Notes: generated by a model not told the origin, from the sequence alone. DNA of 64,000 bases from Nitrospirota bacterium (GCA_963818475.1 CAWFSF010000006.1:1600001-1664000); one strand, 5' to 3'. Positions 42,902-53,933 are shown, numbered from the stretch's first letter. Numbers and translations are program-made.

Positions 42902-42938
42902 ATAAAAAGGCCCTTCCTATGACCGGAGGGCCTTTGCT
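42902..42938 (-). terminator. Terminator after pheT
   Basis: ATAAAAAGGCCCTTCC-tatgacc-GGAGGGCCTTTGCT. Confidence 0.75.
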
Positions 42939-42963
42939 ATAACGATAAAGAAGTTAACGATTT

Positions 42964-44666
42964 CTATGCTTTTTTCTGCCTCAGCGCCAGCAGAACGTCC
43001 AGGCTTATCTCGAAGGCAGCCGAGGGCATGGTGATCTGACGGCGTTCGAGCACCTCAGGCCGCAGCTCGCCGATGAACCCCGCCTCGCGCCCGGACGCAA
43101 CGATCCTGCCGCAACGGCCCGGCAGATAGAGCGGGTGCTCCGCGGGATCAAGCTTATACTCGATGCCCAGGTAATAGAGCAGGATATCGAGGAACGAGTG
43201 CATCTCGGAGAAATTCGCGGTCGGGTGCGAGATGAGCGACGCGAGCAGAAGGTCCGTGCGCGTTCCCATGTTCTGCTCAGGGTCGAGCACGGCCACCTCG
43301 CCGACCTCGAATATGCGATGCGGATAGAACGCCTTCGAGCTTGCCGTCTCGACGCTCAGGATCGACGGGACGACGCGGTTCCTGAGCACCGAATAGGCGA
43401 GCGACATCGGGTTCGCCACTTCGACGAGCTTCTCATCAGGCGACAGCGTATCCTCCAGCTCTTCGCGGGAGCAGAGGATATTGGACATGATCTCCTGGAA
43501 GCCCGACCCGACCATGTTCCCGCGCACCGTGTCCGACAGCAGTTCAAGCGCTGACAACGAGCCGACCGTCGACTGCTGCGGCATGATCGGCTGGAACGAG
43601 CCATATCCCCTGCTGATGGCATAGTCCTCAACGAGGTCCATGGGGTGCATGATATCGTCGCGGTAGGGCGGCACCACGACCGTTACTGCCCCGCTGGAGG
43701 CGGTGACGCGGTGCCCGTAGGCGCTTAAATGCTTTTTCACGTCGGTTAAGAGAAACGTTCTCACCGAGCCCGGCTGAAAATGTTTCGAGCGACACCTTCA
43801 TCTTGACGGAGGTATCATGGGGGAACGATATGCTCTTGCCGAGTTCGGTGGCATAGGGGTACAGGACCTTCACCGGCTCGATGTCGGCGCCGCGGTCGTA
43901 GAAGCTGGCAGCCAGGATATTGAGCGTCAGCACCGTCATCCTGAAATCCGTTCCGGTCACCTCGATCAGCACGCTTCGCGTCGTCGGCTTCACCTCGCCG
44001 ATCTCCGTGCTGTTGATGATCGGCGGGAACGAGAGCACGCGACCCAGGCTGTCGGTCAGGACCGGGTACTCCGGGAAGGACTTCACGATAGTGCCGTAGG
44101 CGATGCCTTTGGGGTGCTGTTCGAGGATCTCGGCAAGCGTCAGCTTCCGGTCCATGCCGAGCGGCGTAAACGATACTGATGACGGCTCTGCCAGGCGGTA
44201 GTCCACGGGAAAGGCGATCTTGTCGAGTTCGTAGATGCCGATCGAGACCGTGGAGCGCTTCCTGCCGAAGATCTCGGCAAGCTTGTCCTGGCTCTGGATC
44301 ATCTGCGCCAGAACATCGCTGCTCATGCGCATGCCGCTGGCAGTACAGGCGGCGATGAAGGGCCGCACGGTCTTCATGCCTTTGGCGACCCGGATCTCCC
44401 GCGTCGCCTTCCTGCCGTGCTGGAAGTAGGGAGAAGCTTCCGGCTTGCCGGCAAGGAAGATCCTGATCTGGCGCGCGATGCCCTCGGCAGACCACAGGTC
44501 GGGCCGGTTGCTGTCGGAAAGCTCGACCTTGAGATCGTCGGTCTCGGCAATGTATTCCTTGAGCTCGGCCTTGGCAAGCATGAGGCTGCTTTTCGAGCGT
44601 CTCAAGGGAAAGTTTCTTTCCGATGAGTCCGTCGAGGTCGCGTTTTTTGATGTCGATAGTAGGCAT
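42964..44666 (-). CDS. pheT: Phenylalanyl-tRNA synthetase beta subunit, archaeal/eukaryotic type (frameshifts near 44590 and 43750)
   Basis: MPTI start, DSNRPDLWSAEGIAR, QDKL..FGRKR, LSFPPIINS, VPPYRDDIMHPMDLVED; ~565 aa, no B2 or B8 domain. Confidence 0.92.
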
Positions 44667-44674
44667 GTTTTAAA

Positions 44675-44770
44675 ATCAGGGTTCAGGGTACAGGGTTTAG
44701 GGGTCAGGGTTAGGTTCTGGTCGTCAGGATCCAGTTTTTACTGAACCCTGAACCCTGTCCCCTGGATCCT
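44675..44770. repeat. Heptamer-based inverted intergenic repeat (CAGGGTT ... AACCCTG)
   Basis: cagggtt cagggta cagggtt taggggt cagggtt ... ctgaacc ctgaacc ctgtccc ctggatc between pheS and pheT. Confidence 0.8.
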
Positions 44771-44805
44771 TTGGCATTTGGAGCTTATTTGTTATTGAAG
44801 TTTGC

Positions 44806-46374
44806 TTACCCTAGTTGTATCTTCTTCGTCCTTATAAAATCCAGATCGCGCGAGAACAGCTCGCGGATGTCCTGGATGCCGAGAGCGACCATGGCCATGC
44901 GGTCCAGACCGAGGCCCCAGGCGATCACGGGCACATCGACGCCGAGCGGCTTCGTGACCTCCGGCCTGAATATGCCTGCGCCGCCAAGCTCCATCCAGCC
45001 CAGTTCAGGGTGCTTCACATGCAGCTCCACGGACGGTTCGGTGAACGGGAAATAGGCCGGGCGGAACTGGAACTCCCCGGCCTTGGCGATCTCCTGGCCG
45101 AAGAGCTGCAGCAGGCCCAGGAGGGTGGTGAAGTTAATGTCCTCGCCGAGCACAATGCCCTCTACCTGGTAGAAGTCAGGCGCATGCGTGGCATCGACAG
45201 CATCGTAGCGGAAACAGCGGGCGATGGAGAAATACTTCCCCGGGATCTTCGGCCCTGAGGCCAGGGTGCGTGCCGACACGGCCGTGCCCTGGCTCCGGAG
45301 GATCAGCCGTTTTGCGCGCTCGACATCGAAGGGATAACGCCAGCCGGTCGAACCCGTCTTTCCGCCGTCCTTGTGCGCTGCCGCGACCTGCTTTGCAAAA
45401 GGCTCTTCTATTTTTTTGCAGGAAGAAGGCTCTTTCACGAAATAGACGTCGTGAATGTTCCTCGCCGGATGGAACTGCGGCATGAACAGCGCGTCCATGT
45501 CCCAGAACTCGTTCTCCACCAGCGGGCCGCGCATTTCCTCGAACCCCATGCCGATGAACTTGTATTTGACGAAATCGAGGAATTCCTTGTAGGGGTGCTT
45601 CCTGCCGATGCTCTGGCGAGGGGGGTTGAGGGCGATATTATAGGAACGGAACTTTTTATTCTTCCAGGTCCCCTGCTTCAGCATCTCCGGGGTGAGCAAC
45701 GATGCTTCTTCAGCAACAACTCCGCGCTCCCGTGATCAGCCGGAGCATGTCCTTGCCCTCGGGGGTCAGCGAATAGGAGCGGTTCTTCTTTTCGGTGATG
45801 CGGAAAATGCCTTTGGACTTGCCTCGTTTGTGAAAGTTCGCCTGGATGGCAGCCTGATGCGCTTCGGAGAAAGTGATTCCAGCTCCGCCTGTTCTTTCTC
45901 TGATGCGGTCTTGATAAGACCGGACAGGAATTCATAGGCCGTGATATCGGCGCCGGAAACGAGTTCCAGAACGCCGCCCTGAACGATCCGGACAACACCG
46001 GCCTCCCGGAGCCCGCCCATTGCCGAGCTCACTTCGGAAGGTTCCATGCCCCAGCTCTGGATGACATCCTTTACCGTGAACTGTTTGCCCTCGCGAAGCG
46101 CCGTGATGATCCGCATCTCGGGCGTGCCTTTTTCGAGGTAGTCCCTGCCCGTTTCCGTGAGGGTGACGAGCGACGTGATCGATTCGTCCGTCACCAGGAG
46201 CAGGCCCTTGGGCTGGAGCCAGCCCGACGCCATGTCCAGCCGCGACTCATCGAGGCCGGAGCACTGCATGATGTCCGGTGCGGAAAAAGATCCGCCGCGC
46301 TCGAAGCAGAGCAGCACTTTGTGCTCAAGCGGGTGGAGACTTTCGAGCATTGCTATGAGGTCGATTTGTGCCAT
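44806..46374 (-). CDS. pheS: Phenylalanyl-tRNA synthetase alpha subunit, archaeal/eukaryotic type (frameshifts near 45700-45870)
   Basis: ~520 aa with long N-terminal extension (LTETGRDYLEKGTPE), LTPEML..G.WK...F, FWDMDALFMPQFHPAR, DATH..F.Q.EG, YFPFTEPS, WGLGLDR. Confidence 0.92.
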
Positions 46375-46461
46375 ACAGTGCGGCTAAGATTACGTGGATT
46401 GATATTTTTTGTCAAGAAAAAACAGATTGACTGAGGTCGTAAGCGTATGATAAGGTGAGTT

Positions 46462-46878
46462 ATGGCGAGTATAAAGATAAAACCAGTGTTGAGCTATACA
46501 CTGCTTTGCGATGATGTCCGTCAGGAGCTTGGCGGCAAGTTCAGCCTCATGGGGCTCTTCGAGAGCATCTTCTCAGGCAGCTTCCCGGCGGTCCATCCGC
46601 GGTTTGCCATCGTGAACGAGTGGACCGGCGGCAAGGGCGAGTTCCTCGCAAAGATACGGCTCCTCGCTCCGGACAAAGCACAGGTCCTTTCGGAGTCGGA
46701 GAGCAAGCTGGCGCTGTACAGCGAAACGCAGCGGCATCGGGACATTGCCGTCCGCTTTAACACCACCTTCCCCGCCGCCGGCACCTACTGGGTGGAGATC
46801 CTCCTTGACAACGAGCGCATCAGTCTGGTCCCGCTGATAGTGCAATTGGCCGGGCAGCAGCAACAGATGGTCCACTGA
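46462..46878 (+). CDS. Conserved hypothetical beta-sandwich protein (DUF6941-like)
   Basis: LLCDDVRQE..GKFSLMGLF ... FP..G.YWVEI. Confidence 0.7.
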   Translation: MASIKIKPVLSYTLLCDDVRQELGGKFSLMGLFESIFSGSFPAVHPRFAIVNEWTGGKGEFLAKIRLLAPDKAQVLSESESKLALYSETQRHRDIAVRFNTTFPAAGTYWVEILLDNERISLVPLIVQLAGQQQQMVH

Positions 46879-46890
46879 GTTCCCCTCTCC

Positions 46891-47508
46891 TCACTCAAGC
46901 GTTATGAACGGCGAACCGCCTTCCTTTGACTTGAGCTCCTGCAGCAGTTTCTCCGCATCTGCCCGATTCGAAAACCGGCCAAGCCGAACGCGGTACCAGG
47001 TGCTCGTGCCCTGATCAAAAGCCACGACAAATGCAGCATACCCCTGTTTCTTCTTGTTCTTCACTTCCTCTTCAGCCAGTCTTTTTTCCGGGTAGGAAGC
47101 AAGCTGTATCGTATAGCGAGGCTGCCCTCCTGCGGTCGGCGCTGGCTTGGGCATTGCTAAAGGCGGAGACGGCTTGAGATCGGCCTTGGTATCAGGCTTC
47201 GGGCGCATCTCTGCCGCAGTTTCCCGCTTAACGGCCTGAGGAGCCGTCTCAGCAGGCCGGGGCTTGACATCGATCGAGACCGTCTTGTTGTCCTTTTCCG
47301 TCAGTGTCTTGTAAAAAGTGAACTCTTCCGGCTTGGGTATCTGCTGCGAGAGCACCTCGGGAAGCGGCGGAAGCGGTTCCCCTGTAGCAGCCGCCTTGGC
47401 CCTGGTCGAACCGATATAATACCCCAGGAAGAAAATGCCGATCATAAGGCCGATGCCGATGGGCACGATCAGAATGCTGGAAATAATGCCGCCTCGCTGA
47501 TTATTCAT
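46891..47508 (-). CDS. SPOR-domain membrane protein (FtsN/DedD-like)
   Basis: N-terminal TM, FTFYKTL, Pro-rich linker, YTIQLASY...WYRVRLGRF. Confidence 0.88.
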   Translation of the reverse strand: MNNQRGGIISSILIVPIGIGLMIGIFFLGYYIGSTRAKAAATGEPLPPLPEVLSQQIPKPEEFTFYKTLTEKDNKTVSIDVKPRPAETAPQAVKRETAAEMRPKPDTKADLKPSPPLAMPKPAPTAGGQPRYTIQLASYPEKRLAEEEVKNKKKQGYAAFVVAFDQGTSTWYRVRLGRFSNRADAEKLLQELKSKEGGSPFITLE

Positions 47509-47631
47509 ATGCTTGCCTTTCTGTCCGCTGCAGCTTCGCAGGATGTTTCTCTATCGTAACCTGCAGCGCGTTATAAAACGAAATAGAGTAGCCCGCACGG
47601 GAATTGAAGCATTCACAAGAAGTCTAAATTT

Positions 47632-47710
47632 ACCACAGAGACACGGAGACACGGAGAAGAACAAGATAAAAATGTATGGCTTTTCTCCGTGCCCTCTGTG
47701 CCTCTGTGGT
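47632..47710. repeat. Family C palindromic element, second copy
   Basis: accacagagacacggagacacggag ... ctccgtgccctctgtgcctctgtggt. Confidence 0.8.
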
Positions 47711-47764
47711 TATATCTGACTTATAAAGAGTTCATCTTTGTGTAAAACATTCAGAATACGAGCA

Positions 47765-48823
47765 TTAATTGATGTTCTCTGGACGAATGAACATCGCGTC
47801 GCCGTAGCTGTAAAAACGGTACTGTTGCTCAACCGCCATCTGATATGCCGCCAGGACCCGTTCCCTTCCGGCGAATGCGGAAACGAGCATCAGGAGTGTC
47901 GACTTCGGCAGATGAAAGTTCGTGATGATGCCGTCGACGATCCTGAACGCAAAGCCCGGATAAATGAACAGCCGGGAACTTCCCTCCCCTGCCGCGACCG
48001 TTCCCTCTGCCCGAGCGGCCGTCTCAAGTGTGCGCACGCTGGTAGTCCCGACCGCAATGATACGCCGGCCCTCGCTCCGGGCGCGATTGATCGCGTCGGC
48101 GGCATCAGGAGCGATCTCGAAGCGCTCCGGGAGCATCCGGTGCTCAACGATCTTTTCTGCGCGGACGGGTTGAAACGTGCCGGGCCCGACGTGAAGCGTG
48201 ACCATGGTCGAGCCCACGCCTTTCGCTGCAAGCCTGTCGAGCAAATCGCGGGTAAAGTGCAAACCGGCCGTGGGAGCTGCTACCGCTCCCTCATGGGCTG
48301 CATACACGGTCTGATAGCGGTCCAGGTCCGCCTTCGTAGGCTCCCGCTTGATATAGGGAGGCAGTGGCGTCCTGCCAACGTCGGCGAGGAGGCTCCTGAT
48401 GTCCGGAACGCCATGAAAACGAACACGCTTCGTGCCATCGTCGCCGCTGCTGACGATCTCGGCCTCAACACCAGCGTCAAGGACCAACTGCTTTCCTGCA
48501 GGAACTCCTCCCTTGACCAGAGCGTCCCAGAGATTCAGCCCCTGCTCGGCAAGCAGGAATATCTCGGCCTTGCCTCCGCCTGGCTTTTTTGCAGGCAGCC
48601 TGCAGGGAAAAACCCTGGTATTGTTCAACACCAGCAGGTCGCCGGGGAGGAGATAGTGCTCAATGTCCAGAAAAATGCGATGTTCAACAACGCCGGAGAG
48701 ACGATCAAGGACCATAAGGCGCGAACGGTCCCGCTCTTGAGCAGGCTCCTGGGCAATAAGCGATTCAGGAAGAGCGAAATCAAAATCAGCGAGGGTGAGT
48801 TGGTCTGCGGCCGGGACGATCAT
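47765..48823 (-). CDS. queA: SAM:tRNA ribosyltransferase-isomerase
   Basis: PLPPYI, YQTVYA, AAPTAGLHF, TLHVG.GTF, TNFHLPKS, YRFYSYGDAM. Confidence 0.98.
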   Translation of the reverse strand: MIVPAADQLTLADFDFALPESLIAQEPAQERDRSRLMVLDRLSGVVEHRIFLDIEHYLLPGDLLVLNNTRVFPCRLPAKKPGGGKAEIFLLAEQGLNLWDALVKGGVPAGKQLVLDAGVEAEIVSSGDDGTKRVRFHGVPDIRSLLADVGRTPLPPYIKREPTKADLDRYQTVYAAHEGAVAAPTAGLHFTRDLLDRLAAKGVGSTMVTLHVGPGTFQPVRAEKIVEHRMLPERFEIAPDAADAINRARSEGRRIIAVGTTSVRTLETAARAEGTVAAGEGSSRLFIYPGFAFRIVDGIITNFHLPKSTLLMLVSAFAGRERVLAAYQMAVEQQYRFYSYGDAMFIRPENIN

Positions 48824-48849
48824 GGCAGGATAGTACCATAGTTAGGAAC

Positions 48850-48975
48850 AATATCCAAATAACAAATCCTAAATCATAAGTAATCAGCAGGCTCCAAACT
48901 TCAATGGTCCGTTTGGAATCTGATAATTTAGTTTTAGTGTTTATTTGTCATTTAGCATTTGTGATTTGGTGCTGG
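48850..48975. repeat. Diverged family A heptamer inverted repeat
   Basis: caaataa caaatcc taaatca ... tttatttgtcatttagcatttgtgatttggtgc. Confidence 0.55.
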
Positions 48976-48977
48976 TT

Positions 48978-50109
48978 CTACTCAAGCGACCGTTTCCAGC
49001 CCCGTTCGAGCTCCTCATAGGAGATCATGATACCGCTGCTGACGGCCCTGCCCGTGTCCGCGCCTTTGCCAAGCTCTTCCAGTACGGTCTTGACACGATA
49101 CATACCGAAAGAATCAACCATATACCGGACCGAGGAAAGGCTGAAGAGATAGGCATACATGGCCTGCGTATTACCAAGCCCCATGAACGAGCCCTCGAGA
49201 TTCGAAAGCGAAGGGAGTTTCCCGGCCTGGGCGATTCTTTTAAGCGCTTCTTTCTGGCGGCTGTCGAGCTCCCGGCCTTCGAAAGTACTGCGCCAGTCCT
49301 TCGTTCAGCCAGGTGGGACAGTTCGGCGTGATCGCCCGCATCACCGCATGCGCGTACTCGTGATACAAAAGCTTTCTGAGGCCAGGCGTTTCCTGTTCGA
49401 TGCCGCCGATCGGGATGCGGATCTTTCCGTCGTAGATCCCGCCGCTCCATCCCGGAGCATCGGTCACCTCCTGGAACTGCTGGCCGGAATACAGGACGAC
49501 CTGCAGCTCGCGGTCAGGATAGTACGACAGGCCGCGCCCCACAGAACCGTAGGCATCCTCAAGGATCCTGAGAACGATCCGGCCCGCCTCGATCTTTTCC
49601 CTGCCTTCATACTTTACCAGGAAATGGCTCGTCACATCGCGATTGAAATCCTTTTCTGTCCGGTGCTCCTTGCGGATCCGTTCGAGCCGAGCACGGATAT
49701 CGGCTGCAGCAGGATTAAGTTCCACAGCCTTCTCCCAGTAGGATACTGCGGTCTCGAGATCGTCCCTGCGGTAAAATAGCTCGCCCAGAACCTGGTATGC
49801 GGTCGCATCCCCGGGATTAAGCTCAGCGGCTTTCGTGAGCTCCCGCTCGGCATAGCTATCGTCGCGCAAATGAAAGTATACGACGCCGAGGCCAAGATGG
49901 GCCGTTGCAGAGGAATCATCGTATCGCAGCGACTGCTCGAACGATTCCCGGGCAGCTTGATAATCGACGGCTTTCATCTGATCCATGCCCGTCTTGAGGT
50001 AGCGGGCAGCCGTGTTCTGCTCCGTCGTCTGAGCGTGAGAGGCCGCGGCTCCGGCGATCACTTGCATAAGCGTAAGAACAACGATAGCCGCTCTGAACAT
50101 TTTTCGCAT
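48978..50109 (-). CDS. Exported TPR + peptidase MA-family metallopeptidase (frameshift near 49280)
   Basis: Signal peptide, TPR repeats, HEYAH...WLNEGLAQY gluzincin motif. Confidence 0.85.
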
Positions 50110-50157
50110 TAAACAATTCCTCGACCTGGGCAAGCGGTGACCAGCATTCCCGGGCAT

Positions 50158-50556
50158 TTATCCCGCCATCACCTTCACCTGCACACGCCGGTCCCGGGGT
50201 CCGTCGAACTCACAGAAGAATATCGCCTGCCAGGTACCCAGCGCGAGCCGGCCATCCTCGATCATGATGACCTTGGAAACGCCTATAAGGCTCGACTTGA
50301 TGTGCGCAGCCGAATTGCCTTCGCTGTGGCCGTACTGATCGTCAAATGGAATGACCTTGTTCAGCTCCTTCAGGATATCGCGCCCTACATTGGGGTCCGA
50401 ATTCTCGTTGATCGTGATGGCCGATGTCGTATGGGGCACGTAGACATGGCAGATCCCCGAACGCACGCCGCTCTCGGCCACCACCCGCTGGACGCCCGCG
50501 GTGATATCCACGAACTCGGTCCTGGCACTTGACTTTACCCTCAGTTGTTTGATCAT
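50158..50556 (-). CDS. yjbQ: YjbQ/UPF0047 family protein
   Basis: HTT...INEN.DP, H.EGNSAAHIK, LGTWQ..FFCEFDGPR. Confidence 0.93.
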   Translation of the reverse strand: MIKQLRVKSSARTEFVDITAGVQRVVAESGVRSGICHVYVPHTTSAITINENSDPNVGRDILKELNKVIPFDDQYGHSEGNSAAHIKSSLIGVSKVIMIEDGRLALGTWQAIFFCEFDGPRDRRVQVKVMAG

Positions 50557-50571
50557 GAGAACCCCCTTCTA

Positions 50572-50673
50572 TATCGGATTTCGGATTGCGGATTTCGGAT
50601 TAACCCCTGATTCTGCCAAAGACTTTTCCGTCCCTGATTTACATTCCGCAATCCGCAATCCGAAATCCGAAAT
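50572..50673. repeat. Family B heptamer inverted repeat
   Basis: atttcgg attgcgg atttcgg ... ccgcaat ccgcaat ccgaaat ccgaaat. Confidence 0.85.
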
Positions 50674-50674
50674 T

Positions 50675-52306
50675 TTATATTCCCATATCCTCCCGCCCCC
50701 GGCCGCGTTTTTCTTCGACAATGGGGTAGATGATGTGGGTGATGAGCGAATTTATTCGCGCAATGTTCCCGATGATGTCCAGGTGGATATGGCTTGTTTC
50801 GATCGATTCCCGCAGCCCCTTGCGCAGCCGCTCCAGATGGGCCTGGACAAGTTCACGTTCGAGCTGGCCCAACTCTTCCTTATTCCTCAGGACCCGCTCG
50901 GCGAGATCGCGATCATTATTTGCGAAGGCGGCAATGGCAAAATCGAAGTTCTCGATCGTCTTTTTGTGGAACGAAACGATCTCCGCCATCCCCTCCTGCG
51001 AGAACACGAACCCCTTGGTGATGCGCTTGAGCGCGATCGGCATGATGTTCCGGTCGATGATATCGCCGATATTCTCAAGGTCCCGCGTCACTTCCAGAAC
51101 GGTCATGACGCGGCGTGACTGCGATTCCGTGAGCGTAGAGGACGACAGGCGCGCGATATACAGCCGTATCTGACGGTCCAGCAGATCAACCAGGTTGTCC
51201 TTGTGTTTAATGTCCTCAACGATGGCCGGATCATCACTCTGCAGCCCCCTGATCATATCGGTCAGCATTTCGCGCACGATATCGGAAGTCCGCAGCGCTT
51301 CGCGCGTGGCCTGTCCCAGGGCCAGTGAAGGCGTGCCCAGCACATGGTCGTCAAGGTACATAGGGCCGAACCGTTTTTCCTCGGCTTTTTCAGGAACCAG
51401 TTTCACGAGCAACCGGGCGAACAGCCCGAGGAACGGCAGAAAGACCACGGCCATGATCACATTGAAAAGCGTATTGGCATTGGCGATCTGGCGCATCACA
51501 TCCGGCGTCGTCTGTTCCACCAGCCGTTGATAGGGGTGCAGCAGCGGCAGGAACAGGAGCACGCCGAATACCTTGAACAGCACATGCGCCCAGGCCACAC
51601 GCCGCGCTTCGGCCGGGGAGCGCATGCTCGCGATCAGCGCCGTTGCGCAGGTTCCGATGTTCGCGCCCAGGATGATATGGAGCGCAGACTGCAGCGGGAT
51701 CAAACCGCTCGTTGCAAGGGCCAGGGCGATTCCCATGGTCGCGGCGCTGCTGTGGATAAGGGCCGTGACCGCGGCCGACAGCAGGATGCCGATAAAGGGC
51801 GTGCCGGTGAGGGCGATGAACACGTTCCGGAAGAGCTCGTTTCCCTGGAGCGGCAGCATCGCATCGATCATGATCTTGAGCGAAAGGAAAACGAACCCGA
51901 AGCCGAGAATACCCTGCCCGATATTCTTGTAAAACGTGTTTTTCGTAAACAGGGTGAACGACAGGCCGACCCCGACCAGCAGTACGGCATAATCGTAGAC
52001 GTGAAAAGCGATCAGTTGGACCGTAAGTGTGGCGCCGATGTCCGCACCGAGGATCACGGCCAGGGTCTGCCGGAAGGTCATCAGCCCGGCGCTCACGAAG
52101 CCCACGAGCATCACCGATGTGGCGCTGCTCGACTGGATGAGGCCGGTCAGGAACGCACCAGCCCCCACTGCCGAAAGCCGGTTGCTGGTGAGCGAACGAA
52201 GCAGCGAACGGATCCTGCTGCCCGCCGCGTTCTGCAAACCGTCGTTCAAGAGCTTGATGCCGTACAGAAGAAGAAGAACTCCGCCGAAGAGGCTGATGAC
52301 TATCAT
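50675..52306 (-). CDS. Na/Pi cotransporter with C-terminal PhoU-like domains
   Basis: QSSSAT...GADIGAT and HSSAAT...GANIGT repeats; DLENIGD. Confidence 0.93.
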   Translation of the reverse strand: MIVISLFGGVLLLLYGIKLLNDGLQNAAGSRIRSLLRSLTSNRLSAVGAGAFLTGLIQSSSATSVMLVGFVSAGLMTFRQTLAVILGADIGATLTVQLIAFHVYDYAVLLVGVGLSFTLFTKNTFYKNIGQGILGFGFVFLSLKIMIDAMLPLQGNELFRNVFIALTGTPFIGILLSAAVTALIHSSAATMGIALALATSGLIPLQSALHIILGANIGTCATALIASMRSPAEARRVAWAHVLFKVFGVLLFLPLLHPYQRLVEQTTPDVMRQIANANTLFNVIMAVVFLPFLGLFARLLVKLVPEKAEEKRFGPMYLDDHVLGTPSLALGQATREALRTSDIVREMLTDMIRGLQSDDPAIVEDIKHKDNLVDLLDRQIRLYIARLSSSTLTESQSRRVMTVLEVTRDLENIGDIIDRNIMPIALKRITKGFVFSQEGMAEIVSFHKKTIENFDFAIAAFANNDRDLAERVLRNKEELGQLERELVQAHLERLRKGLRESIETSHIHLDIIGNIARINSLITHIIYPIVEEKRGRGREDMGI

Positions 52307-52566
52307 GATGTACTATGCCTAATTTCCCCTGGTTCGTCAACGGGAAACTGACCGCTACCAGGACTTTTGCCTCCCGACGGTTCACTCTGCGATTTTTTTC
52401 CTGATGAAACGATCACGATCATCCACCGGCATATATTTAGCTAATGCGATTGCACCCATCCCTTCGTATAGTGCATAACAATACCTGTCAGGCGGATCGG
52501 CTTGACTGTCTGCAATCGCGAGATATGATAACTACATACGTTGCCGACAGTGTAAGTGAGAATACC

Positions 52567-53499
52567 ATGCAGAAGGCCTTGCAGTGTGCACTTGTTCTTC
52601 TTCTGGCAGGAACGCCGGCCCCTGCAATGCAGGGCATGGCGAAGGCTGCCGCAGAGAATGTGGAGACGCCTGAGGCACAGAGGACCCCACAGTCCGCTTC
52701 TGACGGGGCTGACGGATGGATGCTTCTCTGGAGCCCTCCCGACGAACTCTATCATCGGCCGATCGCGGACCCGCATCGTTCAGGATTCGCGTTCATCTAC
52801 GGTCACTATAGTGATCCGGAGATCTCCCAGGCGGGCGACTCCCGGCTCTTGATCAGGATGGGGGGTAGCTACGGCCTGTTCAGGATCCATCCTCCGGGAG
52901 CGCAGGACAAGGGATACCAGGTCGACATCGGGGCGAACTTTCTCGGGCAGTTCGACGTCGACCACTCCCTGGACAATATCGGTTGGGACGGCATTTATCA
53001 TCTGACGTTCACCTGGGCGGACGGCGAGGGACTAGCGCTGAAGCTCGGAACGCTTCACGACTCGAGCCACGTGGGTGACGAGTATGCGGAGCGAACAGGA
53101 AGGCGGCGGCTCGGATATACGCGGGAAGAAGCGGTGCTGGGCGTGAGCCGGTCCCTTCCGAAGGGGTGGCGCGCCTATGGCGAGGCTGGGCGTGCATACC
53201 ACCGCAGCAACAAAGAAGAGATGGGCCTTTTGCGCGCGCAAGCTGGCGTTGATTACGAATCTCCCTACCGAGTGTGGGGCGGCGCTCTGTCGTGGTATGC
53301 AGCTCTGGACTGCTCCGCCTATCAGGAGAACGAATGGCATGGAAATACCGCACTTCAAGCAGGAGTGGTGCTGCCGCAGGAAGAGACCGGGCGGCGTTAT
53401 CGCTTCGGCATTGAATATTACCGGGGCCGCTCCCCCTTGGGTGAATTCTTCCGGAATAAGGAATCGGTCATCGGGATAGGCTTCTGGTGGGACCTGTAG
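52567..53499 (+). CDS. Exported DUF1207-like protein (probable outer-membrane beta-barrel)
   Basis: Signal peptide, PIADP, HDSSHVGDE, YYRGRSP.GEF, aromatic C-terminus. Confidence 0.7.
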   Translation: MQKALQCALVLLLAGTPAPAMQGMAKAAAENVETPEAQRTPQSASDGADGWMLLWSPPDELYHRPIADPHRSGFAFIYGHYSDPEISQAGDSRLLIRMGGSYGLFRIHPPGAQDKGYQVDIGANFLGQFDVDHSLDNIGWDGIYHLTFTWADGEGLALKLGTLHDSSHVGDEYAERTGRRRLGYTREEAVLGVSRSLPKGWRAYGEAGRAYHRSNKEEMGLLRAQAGVDYESPYRVWGGALSWYAALDCSAYQENEWHGNTALQAGVVLPQEETGRRYRFGIEYYRGRSPLGEFFRNKESVIGIGFWWDL

Positions 53500-53612
53500 A
53501 ACTGCGGTGCAGTGCGCCCGGGATCTTTATAAACAGATCGTGTCGCCTCTTTACGACGGAATCGATACGCGGGCAACGGATCGTTCCCGACACGGGCAGA
53601 ACGATACAGTTG

Positions 53613-53933
53613 TTATCGCTCCAAAGCACCATTCTCTCCACTTTTTGCCGATACGGCGGGCCGCTTTCTCCGGCTGCCGACGATCCTGCTGACAACCATC
53701 GTTACAACCATGCTGATCATTGCCAACACGAGGAAACTCGCGATCATGCCTGCAAGCACGAACAGCCGTATGACTAGATCGGAGCCTGTGGCCTGTCCCA
53801 GCACGGCGCCTGCCGCCTTCATACCGGCGATCCCTCCCAGGAACGAGCCGGGCAGGATCCCGTGCAGGAAGAGGAGAACGAAGACGAGCACGATCCACCC
53901 GCAGCGTCCCACCGATGTCTGTTCATCAGCCAT
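53613..53933 (-). CDS. Small hypothetical membrane protein
   Basis: Hydrophobic segments with GILPGSFLGG motif; upstream TTGCAT-16-TACAAT. Confidence 0.6.
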   Translation of the reverse strand: MADEQTSVGRCGWIVLVFVLLFLHGILPGSFLGGIAGMKAAGAVLGQATGSDLVIRLFVLAGMIASFLVLAMISMVVTMVVSRIVGSRRKRPAVSAKSGENGALER

